DNA from: Lautropia sp.
GTDB lineage: Bacteria; Pseudomonadota; Gammaproteobacteria; Burkholderiales; Burkholderiaceae_E
DNA: 64,000 nucleotides
Assembly: GCA_030532895.1 (NCBI GenBank)
Contig: JAUNKF010000005.1
Coordinates: 24,780-88,779, forward strand
Direction: 5' to 3'
Shown here: piece after piece, positions 1-8,671 of the stretch
Numbering within the stretch: position 1 is the first letter of the stretch
Layout of the letters: the number at the start of each line of letters is the position of its first letter
The notes under the pieces: generated by a model
Database searches by the model: none
What the model was told of the DNA's origin: nothing
Seen by the model: the letters and a program-made list of their open reading frames with translations, nothing else
Position numbers and translations under genes: made by a program

Positions 1-1344
1 TTTACCGGCGAAGGCTGCTCGGAGGATGTTTTGGCGTTGGCTGTTTAGGATGGAAGCAGCTGTTTTTATGGATGCATCTTGTCGGCTGATGCTATCCAGT
101 AGGTGTTGAATTTTCCCTAGCGTTTCTCTTTGTTCCTCTGCGGAAGAGATAGGCACAGGAAACGACTTTAACATCGTCATGTTGATGGATGCGAGGTTTG
201 TTGTCTGTTTCCCAGCATTTTGAAACCATAGCTTTCCAAAAGTGTTTCCGTGATGGGATAGAAGCTCTGGTTCTATATCCGAAGATGCTCTTCTGAAACG
301 AAAAACATGGTTCTGGTGAATGCAGTTTGGGACTTCTTCTCGCCATACCCATCCACGACCCAGTTTGTCTCGGTCGCCACCTTCATTGAATAGAACGTCA
401 CCGTTTTTCAGTGTTAGGTCAGCTATGTCCTTCTCTGTTGCTTCGATGAACTTGACATCACTTAAATCGAGATAGCCGCGCTGCACATTGGCAACTCTGA
501 GGTAAGGGACTGTTCTCTTTGGAGTGTTTTTCGTGGTTTTGCTGCCTTTTGCTACACCAGACGCAATCTCTCCTATCATATCCAAGCTGGCCCACACCCA
601 CCCCTCCGGCAGCGCCGGCAACCCCGTCGTATCCGGTTTCACCGGCTCTGGATACTTCTTTTGCCAGTCCTTTGGCGGTTTCTTGCCCTGGGCCTCAAAC
701 TTGGCCTGCTGCTGTGCTTCCCAGCGCTGGCGTCGCTCAGTCAAAATCCGGTCGAGTAGCTGTGCGCCACTTTCTGTAGGCGTGTTCTTCTCTCGCCACT
801 CAGCCGTTAGGCGTCCTTCCACGGCGGCTTTCAGCAGGGATTGGCGGTACAACTCCAGCTTTTGCTGGGCAGCCTTCAGCTCTGCTGCGCCTCCGTCCAG
901 TTGGGATAGCAGTTCTTCGAGTTTTTCGACGATTCGGGTTTGTTCTTCAAAAGGAGGAATGTCTATGCTTTCCTTGTAAAGGTCGTCCCGGCTTAAACTT
1001 GGAATGGCAGTTGATTTATCGAGTTGGCCAAGGTTTTTGTACTCAAGAAGCCGAGATAGAAAAATAGGGTGAACCTCTTTGGGCGTATTGAAGAAGAAAG
1101 TTGTGTCGATTGGCCAGCAAGGAGTTTTTATGTAATTGACCGATCCGGCCGATCCCTTTCTTCCAATGATGATGCAGGGGGCGTTAACCAGCGCTTTATC
1201 ATGGTAGCCAATTATGCCGCTAGATCCAACTATTGGATAGGCGCCTCCAGAACCCTTTTCTTCTTTTGGAATGGCCTTTCCATAGTTTATGTTTGTGATG
1301 GAGCGTAGTTCTGTAGTAGTCCATCCATTGGGAACTTCTTTCAC
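1..1344 (-). CDS. hsdS: Type I restriction-modification specificity subunit HsdS, 3' end beyond window edge
   Basis: I translated the minus strand from 1344 downward. It begins with a GTG start (MKEVPNGWTTTELRSI...) and shows two target-recognition domains. Recognisable HsdS motifs are LPEGWVWASL, LRVANVQRGYLD, GDVLFNEGGDRDKLGRGWVW, the central conserved helix EEQTRIVEKLEELLSQLD and the C-terminal SAEEQRETLGKIQHLLDSISRQ...NILRAAFAGK. The frame is open to position 1, so the gene is partial, which is why the ORF track does not list it. Its GTG start overlaps the hsdR stop as GTGA. Confidence 0.85.
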   Translation of the reverse strand, partial: MKEVPNGWTTTELRSITNINYGKAIPKEEKGSGGAYPIVGSSGIIGYHDKALVNAPCIIIGRKGSAGSVNYIKTPCWPIDTTFFFNTPKEVHPIFLSRLLEYKNLGQLDKSTAIPSLSRDDLYKESIDIPPFEEQTRIVEKLEELLSQLDGGAAELKAAQQKLELYRQSLLKAAVEGRLTAEWREKNTPTESGAQLLDRILTERRQRWEAQQQAKFEAQGKKPPKDWQKKYPEPVKPDTTGLPALPEGWVWASLDMIGEIASGVAKGSKTTKNTPKRTVPYLRVANVQRGYLDLSDVKFIEATEKDIADLTLKNGDVLFNEGGDRDKLGRGWVWREEVPNCIHQNHVFRFRRASSDIEPELLSHHGNTFGKLWFQNAGKQTTNLASINMTMLKSFPVPISSAEEQRETLGKIQHLLDSISRQDASIKTAASILNSQRQNILRAAFAGK

Positions 1345-4121
1345 GCCACCAACTCCTCATTCATCTCACTCATCAACCCGTCCAGCTCCTCGCCAAACAC
1401 CTTCCAGACCCGTAGTAAGCCGCCCTTGTCTACCAAAGGCCCATACTCGAAATCATCCCGGCAGATGCTGCAACTGCTGGCGATATGATCCTTGATCAGT
1501 CTAAGCCACTCCACCTGCTCGGGTGTGAAGGCTGTGGCCCGTTGGGCGTTATGGCGGAATATCCATTTCTGAAAGCGTTTGTCCACCTCGTCGGCAAAAG
1601 GCTTCAGTTCTTCATCCATGCCCAGGGCAAAGCGTACCAGTGAGATCAAGTCGGTCAGTTGTCGCCGGGTGCCTGCACCTTTCACCTGATGATCTTTCAC
1701 CCGCTCGTAGGCTGTCCATAGGCGCTCCGTGGTCAGCATCAGCGGGGGTTGCTTCAAGTGCTCGTGCAGCTCTTCGATCATCTCGAAGGTGAGCGCCCGG
1801 CGCTGGTACGGTTGCTCGTAGAAGAAGCTCAAGGCGGCAATCTCGTCCTTGTGTTCCTTCAGATAGTTGGCAAAGGTGTCGATGGTCTTTTGGGCCTGTT
1901 CTGTTGCCGTCTCAGAATACCCCGAAAAGATCAGTTGGTCGGCATTGATGTGGTCGATGATCTGTTCTTGCTCTCGGCGGGCGTTTTCGAGCGCATCGCG
2001 CAGTTCGGGGCGGTCGAAGGGGGCGCACACGGCTTCGAGTCGATGCCGGCGTGCCTCCTCCAGCTCTTCAGGCGTCAGCGTGGCCTCGTTGCGCAGAATA
2101 CCTTTGGCCGCTGCCATCTCGATAGCCGTCTTCACGACGGCATCCTTGTCCACGGCCATCAGCAGTGCCTTGCCCAGCTCTCTAACCGGGATACCCTCAC
2201 TGACCTTTTCGATGCGTGCCTGTGCTTTGGGATCTAGCTGCTTTGACATCCGAATCAGGCGGTTGGCAAGCGAGGTGATGGTGTCTTCATCACGGTTTCC
2301 CATGACCACGTTGTTCATCAGCGTGGGCAGTGAGTGGGAAAGCTTGCGCTCCAGCGATCGAATTTCGGTCTTCAGCGTTTTCTCGACGCCGACCGCATCA
2401 ATCAGCACGAAGCGATCCTTGGCGCCAGGGGCGCTGGCACTTACGCGCCTCAGCCCATCGGCGTCCAGGCTGCGCACGCCTCGGCCCTTCATCTGTTCGT
2501 AGTAGCCATTGCTGCGCACATCGCGCATGAAGAGCAGCACTTCCAGCGGTTTGACATCGGTGCCGGTGGCAATCATGTCCACGGTGACGGCAATGCGCGG
2601 GTTGTAGTCATTTCTGAAGCTTGCCAGCACGCTGTCCGGGTCTTCTTCGGAGCGGTAGGTGACTTTCTTGCAGAAAGCATTACCCTGATCGTATACCTCG
2701 CGCACGATCTGGATGATGTCATCGGCATGGCTGTCGCTTTTGGCAAAGATCAGCGTTTTTGGCGTTTCCTTGCGTTCCGGGTAGATGACGGTTTCCACGG
2801 CGGTTTTCATGGCCTGGATCACTTGCCGGATCTGGCTGGGGTTCACCACCTTCCGATCCAGATCCGCCCGTTGATAGTCAACCTCATCTTCCACCTCGGC
2901 CCAGCGTCGTTTGCGGGTTGTGCGCTCCCGATGATCAACCCACTCCTTGGCTTCCACCTTGCCGCCACGAGTGCTGATCTCGGTTTCGATTTCGTACACG
3001 TCGTAGCCCACGTTCACCCCGTCGGCCACGGATTGCTCGTAGGGGTATTCTGCGACGATGTTCTGATTGAAGAAGCCATAGGTGCGCCTGTCTGGCGTGG
3101 CGGTCAGGCCGATCAGACTGGCATCAAAGTAGTCGAGCACCTGTTTCCACAGGTTGTAGATGCTGCGGTGGCACTCGTCGATGATGATGTAGTCGAAAGT
3201 TTCGATGGGAATGTCGGGGTTGTACTGAACGAGTTTCTGCTTGTGCGACAGTTGCGGCAGAGTGTTCAGTGACAGGTCATCAGCGCTGTCGTCGAGTGGC
3301 TCGCCGCTAAGGATTGAGTACATCCGCTGGATGGTGCTGATGCAAACATCGGCCATCGGGTCGATGGTGGATGAGCTGAGCCGTTGCACGTTGTACAGCT
3401 CGGTAAACTTGCGCGGGTCATCTGGCGGGGTATAGGCCATGAACTCCTGATGCGCCTGCTTGCCCAGGTTGCGGGTGTCTACCAGAAAAAGAATGCGACG
3501 GGCGCCACCAAACTTCAGCAACCGGTAGACGGCCGTGATGGCGGTAAAGGTCTTGCCGGAGCCGGTAGCCATGTGGATGAGTGCACGGGGCTTGTTGGCT
3601 TGCAGGGACTTCTCCAGCCCGGATACCGCTTCGATCTGGCACTCACGCAGGTTTTCGGTTGGTAATGGCGGCATCTCCTTGGGCAGCCGCCGACGAATGA
3701 TCTCGGGCCGCGCTTGCCAGTTCAGCAGGGTTTCTGGCTTGAAGAAGTGCGACACTTCTCGTGACCTGGCCATCGGGTCGTTGGTGTCGGTGAAGTGGAT
3801 GACCTGCCCGGTGGCCTCGAACAGGAAGCGTAATGGTTGATCGTCGGTGCGCCACTTGAGGCGGGAATGGGCATAGCGCGCGGTTTGATCTTCTGCCACC
3901 GTTAGCGTGACGCCCTGAGCATCGCGTTTGGCCTCGATCACGCCCACCGGTTTTCGATCCACCAACAGCACATAGTCGGCTGGCCCGCTATCGGTCGGAT
4001 ACTCGCGGATGGCCACGCCACGACCAGCCGAAGGGTTCATCTGCGTGCGGTCTTGCACCACCCAGCCAGCTTCTTCAAGCTTCTGGTCGATGGATTGGCG
4101 GGCTTTGCCTTCGGGTGTCAT
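1341..4121 (-). CDS. hsdR: Type I restriction enzyme R subunit HsdR (926 aa)
   Basis: 926-aa ORF with a DEAD-box helicase core (GSGKT Walker A, IIIDECHRS motif II) and an N-terminal nuclease-like region, typical of HsdR. Confidence 0.92.
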   Translation of the reverse strand: MTPEGKARQSIDQKLEEAGWVVQDRTQMNPSAGRGVAIREYPTDSGPADYVLLVDRKPVGVIEAKRDAQGVTLTVAEDQTARYAHSRLKWRTDDQPLRFLFEATGQVIHFTDTNDPMARSREVSHFFKPETLLNWQARPEIIRRRLPKEMPPLPTENLRECQIEAVSGLEKSLQANKPRALIHMATGSGKTFTAITAVYRLLKFGGARRILFLVDTRNLGKQAHQEFMAYTPPDDPRKFTELYNVQRLSSSTIDPMADVCISTIQRMYSILSGEPLDDSADDLSLNTLPQLSHKQKLVQYNPDIPIETFDYIIIDECHRSIYNLWKQVLDYFDASLIGLTATPDRRTYGFFNQNIVAEYPYEQSVADGVNVGYDVYEIETEISTRGGKVEAKEWVDHRERTTRKRRWAEVEDEVDYQRADLDRKVVNPSQIRQVIQAMKTAVETVIYPERKETPKTLIFAKSDSHADDIIQIVREVYDQGNAFCKKVTYRSEEDPDSVLASFRNDYNPRIAVTVDMIATGTDVKPLEVLLFMRDVRSNGYYEQMKGRGVRSLDADGLRRVSASAPGAKDRFVLIDAVGVEKTLKTEIRSLERKLSHSLPTLMNNVVMGNRDEDTITSLANRLIRMSKQLDPKAQARIEKVSEGIPVRELGKALLMAVDKDAVVKTAIEMAAAKGILRNEATLTPEELEEARRHRLEAVCAPFDRPELRDALENARREQEQIIDHINADQLIFSGYSETATEQAQKTIDTFANYLKEHKDEIAALSFFYEQPYQRRALTFEMIEELHEHLKQPPLMLTTERLWTAYERVKDHQVKGAGTRRQLTDLISLVRFALGMDEELKPFADEVDKRFQKWIFRHNAQRATAFTPEQVEWLRLIKDHIASSCSICRDDFEYGPLVDKGGLLRVWKVFGEELDGLMSEMNEELVA

Positions 4122-4201
4122 GACGGTCTCTTATTGGCAACAAACAGGACGTTGTTCGTGATCCGGCCTGCACGAAGGGCAGTGCGAGACAAGTCTACTG
4201 C

Positions 4202-4375
4202 ATGAACCCGCCACACTTGGTCATGAGCGGCGGAAAGGTGACAGACGGCCGTGCTCTGGCCTCCCTCTGTTCCTCCTCTGATCTCATGGAAGACATCAAG
4301 GCGGCAGCCAATGTGCGAGACATGCCTTATCAGTCCTTGATCAAGGCTTGGCTGTACGAGAAGGTGGGGAGCTGA
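4202..4375 (+). pseudogene. Possible BrnA/DUF4415-like RHH antitoxin C-terminal fragment (57 codons)
   Basis: A short frame, MNPPHLVMSGGKVTDGRALASLCSSSDLMEDIKAAANVRDMPYQSLIKAWLYEKVGS, whose tail has the pattern D-L-x-E-x-(I/F)-K-A-x-x...(Y/W)-Q-(S/T)-(L/R)-I-(K/N)-x-x-L-x-E-(K/Y)-V. This resembles the conserved C-terminus of BrnA (COG3514) antitoxins, about KVxxxxRLxxEVLEYFKxxGKGWQTRINEALKEYV. The frame opens exactly at the hsdR ATG on the opposite strand and no toxin partner is present. The similarity is weak and recalled from memory. Confidence 0.25.
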
Positions 4376-4628
4376 TGGTGTGCTGATGTACGCGTTGGCG
4401 GAGCCGGTCAACCGCCCATTCCCGACAGACGGCAGCCCCTGGCGGGATTAAAATGATCGTGGAGCAGGGCGCTGCCGCCCAAAACGGCTACGTCTTGCTC
4501 CAAGCCCGGCCACCTGTCGGGATGTGATGGCTCAGGCGCCGGGCCACGGATGCGTCGAAGGCTGCTTCGACGTGTCTTTCGCAGTTTTCCATCAGTACAT
4601 CAATAACAAGACCATCGAGCAAAACGAT

Positions 4629-5963
4629 ATGGAAACCGAGTACAAGACGCCACCGGAAAAGTTCACCGCTTTTCTCAAGCGGCAGAAGATGATCTTCATC
4701 GTCGCCTTTTTGGGCTATGTCTGCGCTTACCTCGTGCGCAACAACTTCAAGCTGATGTCGAAGTCCATCATGATCAGCAACGGCTGGGAGAAGGACGACA
4801 TCGCCATGCTGCTCTCCTGCCTCACCGTCTCCTACGGGCTGGCCAAGTTCTACATGGGCGCGCTGGGTGACAAGGTGAGCCTGCGCAAGCTCTTTTCGTT
4901 GTGTCTGGCAGCCAGCGCCATCATCTGCATCATCATCGGTTTCTATCACACTTCGATTGCGGCGCTTGCCGTGTTGCTGATCCTGTGTGGTGTCGTGCAA
5001 GGGGCGTTGGCGCCTGCTTCGCAGAACATGATCGCCAACTACTACCCCAACCGCACGCGTGGTGCCGCCATTGCGGGCTGGAACATCTCGCAAAACCTTG
5101 GCTCGGCCCTGTTGCCGATGATGATCGCCGGCATGACGACGCTGGGCTGGATCGTGCCGAACACTGATCATGTGCTGGCCGCCTTCATCGTGCCGGCGGG
5201 ACTGGTGCTGGCCTTTGCTGCTTTCTGCTGGAAATACGGGGGCGACAAGCCCGAGAAGGAAGGGCTGGATTCGTTGCGCCAGATGTATGGCGAGGGTGGT
5301 GAATCGAACGTGGCGAGCGAAGAAGAAAAAGCCTCGCTTACGTATTGGCAGCTGATCTGGAAGTACGTCTTCTGCAACCCGGCCCTGCTGCTGGTGGCGG
5401 CCGTCAACGTGGCGCTTTACTTCATCCGTTTCGGCGTGGAGGACTGGATGCCGATCTATCTGCACGAAGTGGCCAAGATGGAAGACGCCCACGCTCAGAT
5501 GGCGATCTCGGTGCTGGAGTGGGTGGCCATTCCCGGCTCGTTGGTCTTTGCGTGGCTTGCGGCCAAATACCCGAACAAGATGGCGAAAATCGGTGCCATT
5601 GGCCTCTTCGTGATGGCGGGCGTCGTGTTCGCCTATGAAGAAATCACGGCGTCGGGCGCGCCGAATTATGCGCTGATGCTGGTGGTCTGCGGCGTGCTGG
5701 GCGCGCTCATCTATGGCCCGCAGCTGATCGTCAACATTCTCACGATCAACTTCGTGCCGCTGAAGGTGGCGGGCACGGCCATTGGCTTTGTCGGCGTCAC
5801 GGCCTACCTCATCGGCAACATGGGTGCCAACTGGGTCATGCCGATCGTGGCCGACAACTTTGGCTGGTTCTGGTCATACGTGGTGGTGGCCGCGCTCTCG
5901 GTCTTTGCCGCCGTTGGCTACCTGGTGCTCGCGAAGCGCGAGGCTGAAGTCATCAAGGCTTGA
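4629..5963 (+). CDS. MFS organophosphate:phosphate antiporter (GlpT/UhpT/PgtP family)
   Basis: The protein contains YLVRNNFKLMSKS...LSCLTVSYGLAKFYMGALGDK, which matches the GlpT/UhpT N-terminal signature (YLVRKNFALAMPYL...SIAYGFSKFIMGSVSD). It has about 12 predicted transmembrane helices and high GC3. The ORF track starts at 4524, but the likely start is METEYKTPPEK at 4629. Confidence 0.8.
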   Translation: METEYKTPPEKFTAFLKRQKMIFIVAFLGYVCAYLVRNNFKLMSKSIMISNGWEKDDIAMLLSCLTVSYGLAKFYMGALGDKVSLRKLFSLCLAASAIICIIIGFYHTSIAALAVLLILCGVVQGALAPASQNMIANYYPNRTRGAAIAGWNISQNLGSALLPMMIAGMTTLGWIVPNTDHVLAAFIVPAGLVLAFAAFCWKYGGDKPEKEGLDSLRQMYGEGGESNVASEEEKASLTYWQLIWKYVFCNPALLLVAAVNVALYFIRFGVEDWMPIYLHEVAKMEDAHAQMAISVLEWVAIPGSLVFAWLAAKYPNKMAKIGAIGLFVMAGVVFAYEEITASGAPNYALMLVVCGVLGALIYGPQLIVNILTINFVPLKVAGTAIGFVGVTAYLIGNMGANWVMPIVADNFGWFWSYVVVAALSVFAAVGYLVLAKREAEVIKA

Positions 5964-6027
5964 GTGAATGGCGGTTTTCCCTGCCCCGTTGGTTGTTGAT
6001 GGCGGGGTGGGGTACGATAAAGTGTGA

Positions 6028-6303
6028 CTCGAACGAACGCGGGAGCAGGATGCCGACAAGGCGCAGGAGCTGGAGCGTTGGTTGGATCAGTTGGCATCCA
6101 GTTACAACGTGCTGGCGATGGATGCGCGTGTTTTTCGTCGATGGGCTAGATTGATGCATCGCCGGTCAGACACCCTGTATGAGGATGCCATGATCGCTGC
6201 GACGGCTCAGGAGCATGGGCTGACAGTGGTAACGCGCAATGTAACGGATTTCAGGCAATTGGGTGTGGATGTCTTCAATCCGTTTCAGACGGGTCGAGCC
6301 TGA
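6028..6303 (+). pseudogene. VapC/PIN-domain toxin remnant (C-terminal part only)
   Basis: The frame is open from the TGA at 6025 and reads ...ERWLDQLASSYNVLAMDARVFRRWARLMHRRSDTLYEDAMIAATAQEHGLTVVTRNVTDFRQLGVDVFNPFQ. This matches VapC C-termini (DAMIAATAL.HGLTLVTRN..DF..IPGL.L.NPW). It lacks the N-terminal PIN motif with the first catalytic Asp (about 40 aa) and about 40 aa of the middle, so the frame is only ~90 codons against ~130 for an intact VapC. The track ORF 6082..6303 uses a TTG start. Confidence 0.5.
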
Positions 6304-6305
6304 AT

Positions 6306-6881
6306 TCACCACATCCGTTGCAGGATTTTCCCGCCCTTCAACTGGTGCAGCACCGCCATCCCCGCATGGCCGATGATCAGCACCAGTAGCGTGAAGCCCA
6401 ACTCCCCGTGCCACGCATCGCCCAGTGCGATCGTCCACGGCATGCTGACATTGCTCGTGCCGGCGCCCTCGGCCTGCCCGGCCTGACGAATCAGCCCGAT
6501 GATCGGCACGGCCAGCATCAACACGTACATGGCGGCATGGCCGATGCGGGCGGGAAGTGCCACTGGCGGCCGGTGTTCCGAGTTGATCCACGCCCACATC
6601 AGCCGGAAAAAAGCCAGCATCATCACCAGAATGCCCACGCCCTTGTGAAAGGGGATCAGCACACGCTTCAGGTTCTCGTCGAGGTTCCAGCCGATGGCCG
6701 TGCCGAACATGATGATGAACAGGATCAGCATGACGGCGTGCAGCGTGCGTGCCACCTTGTCGTAGCGTTGAGGAATGGTCGGGGTGGGACGGTTGTTGCC
6801 TGTCGTCATCATCATGTATCGGGTAAAGCCTGATCGCGCCTGCCTTGCCGTGGCGCTTGCTGGGGGTGTTGTGCCAGACAT
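6306..6881 (-). CDS. Cytochrome b561 family protein (CybB/YodB-like)
   Basis: Matches the b561 pattern: RYDKVARTLHAVMLILFII, histidine-containing TM helices (FHKGVGILVMMLAFFRLMWA, HAAMYVLMLAVPIIGL) and four predicted TM segments. The true start may be the MMM at about 6815. Confidence 0.8.
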   Translation of the reverse strand: MSGTTPPASATARQARSGFTRYMMMTTGNNRPTPTIPQRYDKVARTLHAVMLILFIIMFGTAIGWNLDENLKRVLIPFHKGVGILVMMLAFFRLMWAWINSEHRPPVALPARIGHAAMYVLMLAVPIIGLIRQAGQAEGAGTSNVSMPWTIALGDAWHGELGFTLLVLIIGHAGMAVLHQLKGGKILQRMW

Positions 6882-7193
6882 CGGGGTCGAGCCTACTACA
6901 GGCTGATGGCCGTCATCTTGAGCATTGTCGTTTCTATCGCGCTTCGAGACAAAATGTTCGGGAACACGTTGATCCGGCTCTCAGACAGGGATGATGCTCG
7001 TCCGCGTGAATCGGGGTTTCGTTCCCCCTGATGCTGTAGATGAACAAAGCTGATGACGGTGGGGCCTGATCAGGATGTGCGCCTTGCCGTCATTGGGGCA
7101 AGTCCTCATGTCGTTCTTGTCAGCAGGCGTTATTGTTGCGGATTCTCGTATTCGTAACCCGGTGTCTCACACCGGCCACCAAAACGCCCTCAG

Positions 7194-7805
7194 ATGCTTT
7201 CAACCCCCTGGCTGGTTTTCATCCTCAGTTGCATCGGCTTTGGTTTCATTCCTGGGCCGGCCATGCTGCAGACCATCTCCGTCACCTGGCAGGGCGGTAG
7301 ACGGGCTGGGGTGATGGCTGCACTGGGCATTCTGTTCGGCGGGGTTTTTCAGGTGGTGATCGTCGCGTTGGGCGCGGCTGCGTTGTTGAAAGCCTCACCG
7401 GCTGCCTATGGCGTCATGAAGGCGGCCGGCGGTGCTTACCTGATCTGGCTGGGCATTCAGCGGATGTCGGCCCCCATCGTGATCGAGGCGTCTGCCGGGC
7501 TGTCTCGTCAGATCCTGTGGTCGAGCGCGTTGGTCGAGGCCACCAATCCGAAATCGGCCCTGTTTTATTTGTCCTTTTTGCTGCCCTTCAGCGATCCGGG
7601 CGCATCGCTCGCCGTGGGCTGGCAGTTGTTGGGATTGGGGATGGCAGCCAATGTGCTGTTTTCAGTGGCCGACCTCCTGATCGTGCTGATGGCCCACCCC
7701 TTGCGGGCACGCCTGTTGGCGGGCGGTTCGGGCTATCGCTGGGCACAGCGGGTGGCGGGCCTGCTCTTCATCCTGATGGGGGTGTTTGCTATTCTGTCGG
7801 ATTGA
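7194..7805 (+). CDS. LysE/RhtB family amino acid exporter
   Basis: 203 aa. N-terminus LVFILSCIGFGFIPGPAML..., six TM helices and the family-typical KAAGGAYLIWLG. Confidence 0.85.
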   Translation: MLSTPWLVFILSCIGFGFIPGPAMLQTISVTWQGGRRAGVMAALGILFGGVFQVVIVALGAAALLKASPAAYGVMKAAGGAYLIWLGIQRMSAPIVIEASAGLSRQILWSSALVEATNPKSALFYLSFLLPFSDPGASLAVGWQLLGLGMAANVLFSVADLLIVLMAHPLRARLLAGGSGYRWAQRVAGLLFILMGVFAILSD

Positions 7806-7859
7806 GCACCGCAGACGCCTGAGACACTTTTGGCGTGGTGATGAACCCTGAATACCCCC

Positions 7860-8069
7860 ATGAACCGTGATGCCCTGATCCAGATGCTGAGGGCGGCCTC
7901 CACGGTCATGCAATACCAGATCATCACGCGCGGGGAACGCTGATGGTCTGTTGGCTTGCCGGTTGAGCTGTTCGAGTTGTTCGTGCTGTCTGAAAAAATG
8001 GATCTGGACGAGGCCCGTGCCGGCCTGTTGCAAGATATCCGTGAGCGAGGCAATGTGTATGGCGGATGA
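7860..8069 (+). pseudogene. MntA-like nucleotidyltransferase antitoxin remnant with an in-frame stop and internal deletion
   Basis: In a single frame, MNRDALIQMLRAASTVMQYQIITRGER is followed by a TGA at 7941..7943 and then WSVGLPVELFELFVLSEKMDLDEARAGLLQDIRERGNVYGG. The ends resemble the MntA N-terminus (..I..L.......L.LFGS.ARG) and C-terminus (.VDLV...........I...G..IY). The GSxARG and DxD catalytic core is missing. The total is 70 codons against about 95-140 for an intact MntA. It overlaps the hepT start by 11 nt, a typical TA arrangement. Confidence 0.4.
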
Positions 8070-8499
8070 TGTGTTGCTGAACAAGGCGGCGGTCATCGAG
8101 CGTTGTGTGCGCCGGGTGCGCGAGGCGTATGCAGACGACCCGGACGGTTTCTCCGTGAGCTTCGATCGGCAGGATGTTGCCATTCTCAATGTGCTGCGGG
8201 CCTGCCAGGCCGTGCTCGATGTCGGGCAACATCTGGTGCGTCGAGAGCGACTCGGTCTGCCACAAAGTGCGCGGGATGTATTCGGGATACTGGCAAAAGC
8301 AGGCTGGATTGAACCCTCACTGGCGGAGGCGATGAAACGAATGGCGGGGTTTCGGAACATCGCCGTGCATGATGATCAAGCCATACAGTTCCCGATGCTG
8401 CTCAACATCATTCAGCATCATCTGGATGAGTTTCTGCAATTCAACCGGCAGATTCTGGCCTTTGACGGGGCGGCAGCGAAAGGCGAGCAAGCGCCTTGA
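8059..8499 (+). CDS. hepT: HepT-like toxin (DUF86/HEPN, type VII TA toxin family), 146 aa
   Basis: MADDVLLNKAAVIERCVRRVREAYADD...QDVAILNVLRACQAVLDVGQHL matches the DUF86 N-terminus. The HEPN R-x4-H motif is present as GFRNIAVHDD, but the Tyr of the canonical Rx4HxY is replaced by Asp. The ORF track starts at an upstream TTG (7951); the ATG at 8059 matches the family start. Confidence 0.8.
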   Translation: MADDVLLNKAAVIERCVRRVREAYADDPDGFSVSFDRQDVAILNVLRACQAVLDVGQHLVRRERLGLPQSARDVFGILAKAGWIEPSLAEAMKRMAGFRNIAVHDDQAIQFPMLLNIIQHHLDEFLQFNRQILAFDGAAAKGEQAP

Positions 8500-8671
8500 T
8501 GAAAGAGCCTTGTTGGCCGGTCGTGTTGTGGCGAGTGTTGATTACAGACGCTGTGGATGAGGAGATTGGCTCAGTAGAAGGTGCTTTTTAAGGATGCTCG
8601 GAACAAGTCCCGCGAGGCATGCACCCGTTCCGAGGATTCGGCGTCCGCGTGGACCTGTTCTGTGTATCCTT

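Noticed and set aside
92-352. 86-aa minus-strand ORF from the track
   Set aside because: It is the +1 frame of the hsdS gene. The hsdS frame shows clear HsdS motifs and this one does not.
4118-4411. 97-aa minus-strand ORF overlapping the hsdR start
   Set aside because: No recognisable features. The opposite strand carries the BrnA-like fragment. Probably a chance ORF, but I cannot exclude a small hsdR-leader protein.
4488-5492. 334-aa antisense ORF overlapping the GlpT-family transporter gene
   Set aside because: It is antisense to a gene with clear family motifs and a 12-TM topology. Its Arg/His/Gln-rich low-complexity translation is typical of a GC-rich wrong-frame ORF.
7662-8360. 232-aa, 113-aa and 106-aa minus-strand ORFs antisense to LysE/hepT
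   Set aside because: They overlap genes with strong family signatures on the plus strand. Their translations are Arg/Ser-rich low complexity.
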